From Octopus vulgaris (taxonomy: Eukaryota): a stretch of 64,000 nt of DNA. The notes below the pieces were generated by a model. It did not search any database and was not told where the DNA came from. It worked only from the letters and a program-made list of their open reading frames with translations. The position numbers and the translations under genes are program-made. The DNA lies in NCBI GenBank assembly GCA_951406725.2, contig OX597817.1, forward strand, positions 91,140,001 through 91,204,000, read 5' to 3'. Below, one piece after another: positions 52,600-64,000 of the stretch; the stretch's first letter is position 1, and each line of letters opens with the position of its first letter.

Positions 52600-55560
52600 C
52601 TGTCCCCTACCAATAAACTAAGGGATTCATGCAGTTTCAAGAAACATTGTTTTCTGTAGATGCTCTATCTTCATATTTACCCCACTATCTTTTCATTTCA
52701 GTTTGTGAGTTTGGTACTATTAGTACCCAAGGCTTCAACAACAACAGATACAACACTCACCTTTTTCAATGAACACAGTCTTTTTTATTTCTCACTGCAA
52801 ACCATCGTATCTGTCCTGTTTCTTTTCTCTTTCTGATACTGTGTCATCACCAGAGCATGCAATATCTATGACTAAACAGATTTTTTCCTTCTTTATTCAC
52901 AACCTATATCTGGCTTTTGATATTCAAAATCATGATCACTTTGAAGTATTACATCCAGCAGTATCTCCACCTTTTTATTCTCAATTACTTCTTCTCAGGT
53001 TTGCCCATACCATATCTTTGCTCTATCCAATCCATATTGCCATACATCTCCCAGTGAATAATTCTTGCAACATTTTCCAGACTTCTTTTATATCTTTTTG
53101 GTGGGACTAGCTTCATGCACTCATCTACAACTTGCCATAGTCTCACCTTCATCACTGCATAACCTATACTTGTCACTTTCTGCTGTATCAATTCTGCATT
53201 TGGTGTAATTTGTCTGAAGTGTTTGTTCCTGTATAACATCGATAAACACTTCTGTCTCTGGTTTCAAGTCACTCTTCCTTAGTCAGTGCCACTTCCCAAT
53301 GGTGTCTGTATTCCTGCTCACCTCCTTAGCAAACTCCCCATACACCTTTTTTCCATTGCATTTTCTTTCATCTTCCTAACTCATTTTTTATTCATTGTTT
53401 GTCTCTGTGCAAGTATATGTCTTAAATATACCTGATCTCCTCACCTGAATCAGCAAGTATTCTATAGCATTCTTGATATACCACCCTGAGCTATTTCCTT
53501 CTGAACAGTTACAACTTTCACAGCTGGTTAGCCCTCCCCCTCCCACCTCCTTTGTGCCTGGTTAGGTATAGCCTATTAATATTGCTCTTGGTGTGGGTGG
53601 TTTCCTCGACTTTTAGTCAAGATCCTGTACTGCCTCTTTCCTCTAATAGATAATACTTGATCATACCTCAGTAATGCAATTGTCCATGTATTGATTGTTT
53701 GAAATTTCTTTCTAGCATTCAGTTTTGACTGCAATACCAGTCTAAATCTTCAGAGATACTCTTATGTAAAGCTTTTATTTATTCCTTCTTCCATTATTTC
53801 CTTCATGATTTCCCTGGATAGTAATTTTACCTTCAAGTCTGTTAACTCCTTCTTGTCAAGAATATTATTCCACATTTTCGAGACCAAATTTCACTTAATA
53901 TCCTTGCTAAAAAGCTGACTTGAGCTTTGTACTTACCGTATAACTTCAGACTATCTATAAATAATACACAGTTGAATTTATGTTGTTTTCTTTTAAACTC
54001 ATATCCTGATGTTATTTTTCTCAGAAGCTATATTAAAGGAGTCATGCATACAAGAAATAGTAAAGGAGTTACAGTGTCTCCTTGTAAAGTCCCACTCCTG
54101 ATTTCTATGGGAGCTCAGTCTTCAAACTTGCCATGCCTTTTCTCAAAAACGTTTTGACATGCTTTGTGACCTCAAACATGTTCAAACATTCAATGATCTA
54201 CACATGTGGTATAATGTTATTGCAACAATCTATCCAGGCCATTGCTTAATTTGACTTCTTCTTTCATTAACAATCTTACAATCTTTCATCCACATTTCAT
54301 TTGTGAGTAGCCACTGTTTAGTTCTATAATTCCATTCACAACAGGTAAAATTTCGTTATCATCAAGAACTGCATACATTTCATCGCCAATTATTCTAGTG
54401 AACAGCTTCCACATCATTGACAGACATGATATGGGTCTGTAATTACCCACAGCGTTCCTTTCTGAAGCATCCTTCAAATACATTTCTGTTTGTCCATTTG
54501 TTATCCACTCAAGAACCTCTTCATTTTTGTTGATTAGCACTTGAAGCTGTTCTGCTATTCTTTTATGTCACCTTGTCAGTGTCTTTATCCAATATCCCTA
54601 AACACCATCAGGTCAAGTTGCTTTCCAATTACTCATCTTCCTACGTTGTCACATACTTTCTCTCACAATTTTTATTTCTTCTTGTTGTGAATGAGAAACT
54701 GACTCCTTCAAATTTTGTATCAACTCAGCCTCAGCTTTATGCAGCTCTTCCTTACTCCATATTTCACTCCGAAATAGACAACTTTCTTCTGCTTCTGATA
54801 TTACTCTTTAATGTGAGCTTACCCTGCTTATTTTTTGATAAAATTTCCTCTGATCAATTTGGAATAACCTATTAATTATTATTTGATCATCCTCTGTCAG
54901 CACTCCACTTGTGTTTGTATTCTGTTAATCAAAAGCTACATTAATAACATCTGAATTTTAATGTTACCATTTTTGGCCACTTTATTCTCCTATTCCTCAT
55001 CTTCCTCACTTGCATCATGCTTGTCACTTTCACTAATTTGCCTTTTGATAGCTCCATGTTCAAGCTCAGACAACAATCCATTCTTTCGAATTGCTCTTGC
55101 CTGGTCACAAATCCTCTGCTCTGAAGTTTCAAATAGCCCTCTCCTTTTCCATTCACTATACATTATCTGTCAATTGCCCCTTATTGGAGCTTCATTTCCA
55201 TCTATTGGGTTTCTCTAATTGTCGCATTCTAAGATAACAGTGTTTGCTTGTTTACTTCACTTCTACCAACTTTCATGGCTACCAGTTGCTGGATTATGAT
55301 TGGGCCCACCCTACTGTACAGTGGGGCATCTGTTGGGCAACGCATCTTCATCTGAGGTTCCAGTCACATTTATGGCATTGTTTAAATCCTTATTTTGTAC
55401 CATTTCATTAATGAAGTTAAGTTTATGAAGGTTTTTCCTCCCCACAAGTATTTTTTCATGACTCCATCACTAGCAGGGCTACCAACCAAGGCTAAAAAAG
55501 CTTTCCTAGTCATGAGACATGGCTAAAACCCACTAGATGTCAACCTAATATTTCTTGGCT
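52600..55560 (-). mobile_element. R4/Dong-like LINE, long decayed copy (RT plus RLE)
   Basis: NYRPISCLSMMWKLFT, QGDTVTPLLF, FIDSLKLY, AVLQSKLN, VARIIHW, PDI and EKQDRY RLE motifs in broken frames. Confidence 0.85.
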
Positions 55561-55810
55561 ATGAAGTAAACAATACGTCATCGTCATTGTTATCGTTGTC
55601 ATCATCATCATTATCATCATCATCAGTATCAGTATTTTTTTCTCCCAATTTTGTTTCCACTTTAGCCAAGTGTCTTCCCAACACTTAGAGCAAAGAGACT
55701 CACTGATAGGTCATTAAAATAAACACACCAGATTGTTCATTTACAAAATGAAATAAAGTTATGTAGAAAAATTTATGTAAACAGATGGTAATCATTCTCA
55801 CAGTGAGAAG

Positions 55811-55844
<34 letters not shown>

Positions 55845-55865
55845 ATCATTATTATTATTATTATT

Positions 55866-56325
55866 GAGTGAGAGAGCAGTGCATGCCATCAAAGTGACAC
55901 TGGGGGGTAAAATATATGAAGCCCAGTATACTCATCATGACTACCCATCTGATAAGGGTACACCAGGCACATGCATCACAACCATATGTCCACAACATAG
56001 TGTTCTTATATCAAGATAAACAGCACATGATCTTGCAGGTGGGACCCAGTTTGAATTTTCTTGAGGTCAAGTAGCCCATTCTGCTCAAAAGGTTCCTGAA
56101 TATGGGTTTTTTAAGGATGTTGAACAAAACACCCATGTTCCCAGAGGTGAATTATTCAAACCCCAAAGTATTCTTCTCAACACATGGCTATGATGCTCCC
56201 CCACTACTTCTGCTCATGATCAGAGATGCACATATCATCAGCCACTAAGGGACATGCTCAACTGGTTAAGGCCAAGCAAATGACAAGCAAATCTGTGGTA
56301 TTGAGCTGAATATTTGCTGTAGTCC
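55866..56325 (-). mobile_element. (AAT)n-inserted non-coding retroelement 3' piece, inverted copy
   Basis: Reverse complement of ~41848-42305; (TTA)n on both sides. Confidence 0.85.
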
Positions 56326-56368
<43 letters not shown>

Positions 56369-56371
56369 TAC

Positions 56372-57485
56372 TTTTAATCTGAATGTTTGTTACAATCACT
56401 CACTGAGATACACCCAGCATCCTAGGGTGAGTGAAAGATAAGAGATGTTATAGTATGACTGAAAGCTTTCGGAGAGCAAGTGGAAAGGGTAGTAGAAAAA
56501 TATCTTCATGTAATACAACACATACTTTTAAATTGATAGGGTTTTTCTAAGGATCTGGGCAATACTTTTCAGCACAATGGCTCTCCTAGGATATTATCAA
56601 GATCTTTCTGACATCCCTTTCTTATCACACCTTGGGCACCCACAATAACAGAAACAGTTCTCACTTTATGATGCCACATCTTTTGCATTTCAATTTCCAG
56701 ATCCTCATATTTACTGAATTTTTCAAATTCCTTTACAGATATATTTTTATCAATGGGAACACTTACATCTATTAGTCTACAAATATTGTCTTATCTGTCC
56801 TAAATGATTATGTCTGGTTGATTAGCCTGGATTGTTTTGTCAGTGTTGACTGGAAAATCCCAGAGAATACTGACATTTTCACTTTCAACAACTGGCTCAG
56901 GGCGATGTTCATACCAGTAAGCAGGAGTACTAATTTTGTAGTGTTTGCACATTTTCCAATGTAAATACTGTCCTACCCTATCATGGCAATTTCTATATTC
57001 ATTTGGTGTCAGCACAGGATATCCCAAGATGAGATGGTCTATTGTTATTGTTTCATCATATTTATTATAGAACCTGCATTTAGCGTCAGAACTCTTTTGA
57101 AGAACATTAGCCTGGTTGTATTTGGTAAGCAAGTTTTGATCATGTACTGCCAATATGAAACCTTTAATCTCTACTTTCAGTCCTGAACTTCTCAGTCACT
57201 GATGGGTTGTTGCTTGATCTATATTAGCATTTCGGCTTTGAAGTATATACTATCCATGCAGAGGCTTCTGGCTCCACCACACCTCAATTTGTTTCTGCCC
57301 ATTCTTTTGTGCAGTCTGTTTGATCTGTTTAGCTTTCTTTGTGTTACTGGTTTCAGATTCTTCATCTTATTCCGGGTTAATGCCAAGTTCCGTTGTGAAT
57401 TTGCAAGCTTCCTTGACAATAGAATGGGATTTTTTTGCTGCTTTCATGTTTGCACACAAGCCGCAGCATCCAGTCCTTTGTACTA
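56372..57485 (-). mobile_element. R4/Dong-like LINE 3' end
   Basis: ORF 56800-57153: KCRF...ETITIDHL...HDRVGQYLHW...ILWDF...QPDIII, then EKFSKYEDL; 3' end abuts (TTA)n. Confidence 0.9.
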
Positions 57486-57694
57486 GATAAGTCACAACAA
57501 GGACCTCAGACAGACACTACTTTACACAATATGCATACAGTTCCAAGTAATGCTGACTTTTGCAATACACCTAGATTGTTTGGTATTTCTAAAGTTTTCA
57601 GACATTTTTGCAGATTGGGTAGTATTGAAACCAATGCCACATCTTAGTAATCTCAATTCTCAGGTCTCCATATTTATCAAACTTCTCTCTTTCA

Positions 57695-57695
<1 letters not shown>
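57486..57695 (-). mobile_element. Second short R4-like 3' fragment
   Basis: LQKSALLGTVCILCKVVSV*GPCCDL; starts right after an (AAT)n array. Confidence 0.7.
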
Positions 57696-57751
<56 letters not shown>

Positions 57752-57754
57752 GTA

Positions 57755-58350
57755 CTAGGGTGGTAACAGAATTGTTAGCATACTGGACAATGCTAAGTGG
57801 CATTTCATTTGTTTTTTTTTTATATGCTCTGAGTTCAAATTCCACCAGGGTTAACTTTGACTTTCATCCTTTTGGGATTGACAAAATAAATACCAGTTGA
57901 GCACTGAGGTCGGTATAATTGACTTACCCCTCCTTTGAAATTGCTGGTCTTGTGCCAAAACTTCAAATTATTATTATGCTTAGTGGCATTTTGTCTGTCT
58001 TTACATTCTGAGTTCAAATTCCTCCAAAGTCGACTTTGCCCTTCATCCTTTTGAGGTTGATGAATTAAGTACCAGTGATACACAGGGGTTAATGTAATTG
58101 ATTAGTCCCCTCCCCACAAATTTCAGGCCTTATTCCTTTAGTAGAAAGGATCATTATTATTGTTACTATTAAGAGTGGTGGGTTAGCAGAATCATTACAG
58201 CATTGATTAAAATGCCTTGTAGTATTTCTTCGGCTGTTGACAAACTGAGTTCTAATCCAGCAAGGGTCAAATTTACCATTTGTTCCTCTAAATTCAATAA
58301 AATAAAGTACACCTCCTCCCCACATTTTATGGCCTTGATCATATGTTAGA
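57755..58350 (+). mobile_element. Three tandem SINE family A copies
   Basis: CTGAGTTC.AAT.C...TTTG.C.TTCATCCT units at ~57755, ~57975 and ~58170. Confidence 0.75.
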
Positions 58351-58408
58351 AATTTCTACTACTACTAATACTGCTACTACTACTACCACCACCACCAACA
58401 ACAACACC

Positions 58409-58446
<38 letters not shown>

Positions 58447-58477
58447 GAGGAGGAGGAGGAGGAGGAGGAGGAGGAGG

Positions 58478-58508
<31 letters not shown>

Positions 58509-59235
58509 GAAGCAGCAGCAGCAGCATGAATAATTCAAAAATGCTAACAGGAACAATCAAATCCTTTCACAAACAAGTCCTTAAGAATAAATCTCCTTCG
58601 CTGAAATTACTCTGAATAAATAAATAAACACAAAAATCAATCAATAAATAAATAAATATAAAGTAATAAATTTAAAGAATGAAAATTTCTTTTTGCCAAA
58701 AAGATCAAATTACTTGGAATAATTGCCTATTTATTTATGATTATCTTTGAGGTTCACTAGATCAAATTTGACAGTAATTACTACCATTCCTTATAGGATT
58801 GCTTTGTACTCCTTTAGCAAATAACCTCACATAATAAGATTTCAAGAGTCCATTATACTCTTTAAACTATATTAAATCCTGACAAATATATCATTAAATT
58901 CATGTATATAATTTAAAACATAATAACGCTAAAAGAAAAGAAACCCTATCAAAGTTACTGGAAAGTTAATTTCAAGCATTGATAAAATATCTAATATGAT
59001 ATATTACTCTGTAAACATTAATGCTGATATAATGAAAAGAAGGCATTTTAATCTAACTTGATGCATGTGTCTTTGCTGATATTGTTGAACGGTTTATATA
59101 TGTTTCCTAGGATGTCACCTCAGGCCCATCTATTAGCTGCAGATGTTGTTATCTTCAATTTTTCTTGCCCTTTAACATGATTTCTATCTAATAATAATTA
59201 TGTATGCTACTTCAAGAATATATATAACTCATAAG

Positions 59236-59267
<32 letters not shown>

Positions 59268-59887
59268 GATTGATAGATAGATAGATAGATAGACAGATAG
59301 ACAGATAGATAGATGGATAGATAGAAAGATAGATAGATAGATGACAGATAGGTATATTTATCACCAATAAAATGTGGATGTTGTGTTATCACACAGAATA
59401 CTACAATATGTATGTGTGTGTAAACACACACAGCGCACGCACACACATACACACACACACACACACACAAGCATATATATATACACACACATATATGTTT
59501 ACATATACACATATATACATATACATATACACACATATATATGTATGTATTTAATTATGTGAGCGTGTATGTATATTTAGCGTACTTGTATGAATGAACA
59601 AGCATTTTAGAAGCTGGTAAGATATTCAGTAATTCTTTTAAGTGGAGGTAACTATATGCATAGCTACTAATTGTATATAAATACCAGCCTGAACCAAAGT
59701 AGTTTAATAAGAGAAAGACAATAATAAATATTTGCAGGAGACAGACACCAAACAACATATTATTAACTGCAGGTACTAGAATAAAATCTAAAACAGGAAT
59801 AGTCTACTGATCAACTTGATGCCTTCCTCTGAAACCAAACATTCAAACTTTCTTGCAATCACCCAGTATAATTAAACATATTACAAT

Positions 59888-60317
59888 TGGTTTCAAATTT
59901 TAGCACAAGGCCAGACATTTTGGGGAGGGTGTAAGTTGATTACATCCACCACAGTGTTTCACTGGTACTTATTTTATCGACCCCTAAAGGATGAGAGGCA
60001 AAGTTGACCTTGTTGGAATTTGAACACAGACTGTAAAAATGGATGAAATACCTCTAAGCCTTTTCCCCCATAATGCTAACAATTCTGCCAGCTCACTGCC
60101 TTTTCAAGAAATGTAATATTAGTTTCAAATTTTAGCACAAGGCCAGCAATTTTGGAGGAATGGCTGAGTTGATTTCATTGACCCCAAATTTATCGATCCT
60201 GAAAGGGTGAAAGGCAAAGTTAACTTCAGCAGAATTTGAACTTGGAATGTAAAAACAGATGAAATGCCACAAAGCATTTTGCCCGGTGTGCTAATGATTC
60301 TGCCAGTTTGTTGCCTT
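59888..60317 (-). mobile_element. Two tandem SINE family A copies
   Basis: GTTTCAAATTTTAGCACAAGGCCAG...TTCTGCCAG at 59890 and 60122. Confidence 0.8.
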
Positions 60318-60334
60318 GTTAAACATATTACATC

Positions 60335-60800
60335 GTTTCAGGTTCAGTTCCACTGCATGACATCTTGGACAAGTGTCTTCTGCTATGGTCCTAAGCTGAC
60401 CACTACTTTATGAGTGGATTTGGTTAGTAGAAACTGAGTGGAAGTCCATCATGTGTGTGTGTGTGAGTGTGTGCATGCATGGGTGTGTGCATGCGGGTAT
60501 GTGTGCATGCATGTGTGTGTGCATGCGTGTGTGTGTGCATGCATGTGTATGGGTGTGCATGTGTGTGTGTATGTGCATCTGTGTTTCTGTGCATGTGCAT
60601 GTATGGGTGGATGTCATTGTCTATGTCATCCTAGTGCTTGACAACTGGTGCTTGTTTGCTTACATCTTCGTAAGTTTAGCAAAAGAACCTGATAAACTAA
60701 GTATCATGCTTTAAAAATACATATTGGAGTCAATTTGTACAACTAAACCCTTCGATGTCTTACCCTGGCATGGTGAAATGTCTGAAACAAGTAAGAAAAT
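60335..60800 (+). mobile_element. SINE family C with internal TG/TGCA tract
   Basis: GGTTCAGTTCCACTGCATG...CAAGTGTCTTCT...CTGAAACAAGTAAG. Confidence 0.75.
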
Positions 60801-60844
60801 AAAAAACTAAAAGGTCTCCCAAAACAAATATCGGTGATAGATAT

Positions 60845-62090
60845 AGTGTTTATTTTAGTCAGAACTTGTATCACACACATCAATATACAAGGTAGCATTG
60901 CCACGAGTTCAAATCATTGAACAAAAATCTAATGTCTCATTAGAAAGTGGCTAGGCCTACCTAGGATATTGAACAGTTCAGTTCTTTATTGTAAAAAAGG
61001 CTCGTTGCAGTTACCACTGGTGTCAATAGTCAAAATATACAAACTGGGGAAGGTACGAATGGTGATGACACTAAGAGAGTCAAAGGACATGGAAATCAGA
61101 CGAAGTCCACCAAATGTGAAAACAGCCAGGAAGTAGAAAGCAGAAGCAGAGACTGATGACATCCTGTCCTCTCTTACACACTGAGATATGGTGGGTGCAA
61201 CGCAAATTCATTGGAAGGGACTTGGTTTTGGTGCAGATCGGTTCAGTCTATTTGCAAGTATGATGTGGTGCAAACACCGATCTGTTGTTAGCAACAGTGT
61301 CAAAACGAGGGACGCTGAGAGAAGAGAGTTTCATTTGATCCAATGCATTCAACAAGGACAGCTGACGAGATGGGAGGAACATGTTGTTGAGAGGAGATGT
61401 GGAGGTGGACCGCATCTCAGCTAAGTTTGCTGATAGGTTCCTCCTGTGATGTTTTGCCATCACCTGCAAATCTAGTAAGATGGAATGTCTCAGAGAATGA
61501 TATATGCAAATGCAGAAAGGTCGGAACACTGGAGCATATTCTTTCCAACTGTTTACTAGCATTGAACAGGTATAGATGGAGACACAACCTGGTCCTTAAG
61601 TTATTTTCAATGCTATAAAGAACCAAACTGATCTCAACAACAGTGAAAAAAAAACCATTGAAAATACCAACTAGAGATTTCATTACTTTCGTACGCTCTT
61701 GACAGCTGATCCGTTTCAAGAAAAAGAACAACAAACTTCTTGTGAGCAATGAAAAGTGGAATGGCTATTGGGAGGTGAGTGCAGATTTACCAGAGTACCA
61801 GGGACTCTTTCCCCATTCCAGTTACGAAAACACTGGACATTTTAATGTGGTGTGAAAGAAAGTTGTGAATCTATTTGAGTTAATAGTTCCTCATGAAGAT
61901 AACATGGGCAAGGAATGTGAAGCCACAGGCTGGAAAGCGAAGCATTTCCTAGTTGAAGTCGGATGTAGAGGGTTTGTTGGACACAGTGTGAGACAACTGT
62001 TGTTATGATTAGGCCTAACTCATCGTAAAGTAAATAACCACTGGATTTGGTTAAAAAGAGACAATGAGCTATGACTAGAAGAACATTGAA
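60845..62090 (+). mobile_element. HERO-like RLE LINE 3' half, decayed
   Basis: KWLGLP, DVLPSPANLVRW, CKCRKVGTLEHILSNC, RYRWRHNLVL, ELIVPHE, VEVGCRGF. Confidence 0.85.
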
Positions 62091-62119
62091 ATTATACTTG
62101 GAAAAACATTTTCAGTAAG

Positions 62120-63400
62120 TTCCTCAACTGAGATGACTAAGGTGCAGATTTTTCATGGATATTTGATTGGTATCTAGCCTTCTTTTTCCAAGTTTCAAAA
62201 TAGTATGGGTAAATTGTTCCAACAGATGATCCTCTTGCAAATGCGTCCACATATTTTTAGAAAGCTTTAACACTTTGATATGTTTCCATAAAATAGAAGA
62301 TTTCAAGCATGCTTTTAATTCATCCGCCTTTGTTCCTCTAAGAATCACTAGCAAAGTTTGTCTGAAATCACCTGAAAGTACTACTGTCACACCTCACATC
62401 AAACAATTGGAAAAGCACAAATCCTGCAGCATTCTGTTAACGGCTTCTACTGATTTTTTATGGGACATTGTAGCTTTGTCCCATATGATCAAAGAACATT
62501 TCATGAGAACTTGAGCTAAGCAAGAACGTTTACTAATATTGCAGACAGGTTCATCATTTGAAGTTAGATTGAATGGTAGCTTGAATAGTATGTGAGGTGT
62601 TCAACCTCCTGGGAATAAAGTTCACAGCAATTCCAGATCTTGCAACAGCTAAGGCTATTTTCTTTTTCTGCTGGACTTCGGCTAGCACTAAATTTGTAAC
62701 AAAAGGTGCATCTAAAAAATATAATCCTCCTCTCTTACATGTCACTTGGTCAATGATTGTTGTATTTGCAAGTTGTTGGTCTGACAAAAGTTTTGTGACA
62801 TTTTCTTCAAAGAATCTTGTTAATAAATCAATATCATATGAAGTTTCTCACAAAACTTCTGTGATGAAATTCTTCACCTCATTTTGATGAGTCTCAGGTA
62901 AGCCAAACTTGCTGAGCTCCTCCCCTCCTATCGAGACAACGTGATCTTCAATATCAATCAATGCAGAATTATATGTCATTGTAGAATGCTATTTCTTTCT
63001 CAGGGGATTTTAATTGCGCTTGATATTTGTAGTCTTCTGATACATCATTCTTATATTAGTACCGCAACACTAATGGATTACTTACTTCACAATCCAGGAG
63101 AAGAACTACAAAAAGATCTCTCAATGAAATAGGTGTGCACAACACTAAAGCCTCAGCCATTGTTCTATCCTGCTGATTGTCATCTTCTAACAAATTTAAT
63201 GCTAAACAGGCTTCTTTATAAGTATGAACAGTTTAACTATCAATCATTCTTAGGAAGAAGAAGGCAGTCGGTCCACTTATTTCATGAAGAAGCAGCCTCA
63301 AAAAGAAATATTCACAGTGACTCGGATGCACAAAGTAAACTCTTCCAATTGTCGAGTCAAATAATTTTATACTTGGATGATCCTCAACGTCAGCTCCTCT
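62120..63400 (-). mobile_element. Helitron RepHel (PIF1 helicase) pseudogene fragment
   Basis: GGLYFLDAP-FVTNLVLAEV (Walker A deleted), ALAVARSGIA, VVLSGDFRQTLLVI.RGTKADELKACLKSS, LSKNM. Confidence 0.88.
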
Positions 63401-63501
63401 TTTTTTTATAGTAATATAAAATAAAAGTTATTACAGTTACATACACACACGTGCGCACACACACACACACACATGCACACACACAGATACACACATGCAC
63501 A

Positions 63502-63544
<43 letters not shown>

Positions 63545-64000
63545 TGACACACGTTATGATGTGTGTATCATTATATTACACACATGTCTTACCTACAAAA
63601 GAGCACCCCACCAAATTTGTTTCTTCCTATGTTTAGGGAAAATGGGTATTTTCAAATGAAAAGTTGTACAAATATGCTGAAGTGAGATAGGAAAATGACA
63701 GGTGACCTCAAATCCGATGTAGAATACATGAAATAAAGGAAAAATGTCGGAGTGAAATCTAAGTTATGGTTTCTATTCTGAAGGTAGGCAGGGAATAAAT
63801 CAAAAGGGATCTATGGTAGGCAGCAAAAAAACAAAAGACGGATCATCTACAGATATATAAATATAGAATGAATACAAAATAATACTTATTAAGCAATACT
63901 TATAGCAATATGAAGTAATGGAGCTTATTACAGTTATCTACCCATCCCCCCCACACACGTGCATTATTATGTGTTGTTATATTACACATATGGCATACCT

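Noticed and set aside
55470-55560. Possible HDV-like ribozyme at the 5' end of the R4-like LINE
   Set aside because: I could not build a consistent double pseudoknot by eye; needs a consensus and a descriptor search.
62124-62787. Host PIF1 helicase gene
   Set aside because: Intronless, frameshifted and lacking Walker A; motif style fits Helitron RepHel.
63640-63867. Helitron 5' terminus (minus-strand TCTATATTTATATA)
   Set aside because: Flanking base does not fit the A-T insertion rule and linkage to the helicase fragment cannot be shown.

Overview
AT-rich, microsatellite-dense eukaryotic DNA made almost entirely of decayed transposable elements. The SINE families and repeat landscape look like an octopus/coleoid cephalopod genome (inference from pattern recognition, no search run). 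No intact host protein-coding exon can be supported: the listed ORFs are microsatellite translations or broken TE frames. Recognisable content: five mariner copies from three families, a Tc1 and a DD37D/maT-like relic, RTE and CR1-like LINEs, several R4/Dong-like RLE LINE fragments often abutting (AAT)n, a HERO-like LINE, a Helitron helicase relic, a non-autonomous Helitron, a Penelope RT fragment, many tRNA-derived SINEs and a 5S rRNA pseudogene. The most interesting signal is a set of hammerhead-ribozyme (HHR)-like motifs in five unrelated small repeat families, four of them in (TA)n contexts. They include a ~617-bp near-perfect palindrome with a U3-A8 variant core, a ~210-bp unit with a CUGUUGAA core, and a TSD-flanked tRNA-headed SINE carrying an HHR core. 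Boundaries of decayed elements are approximate.
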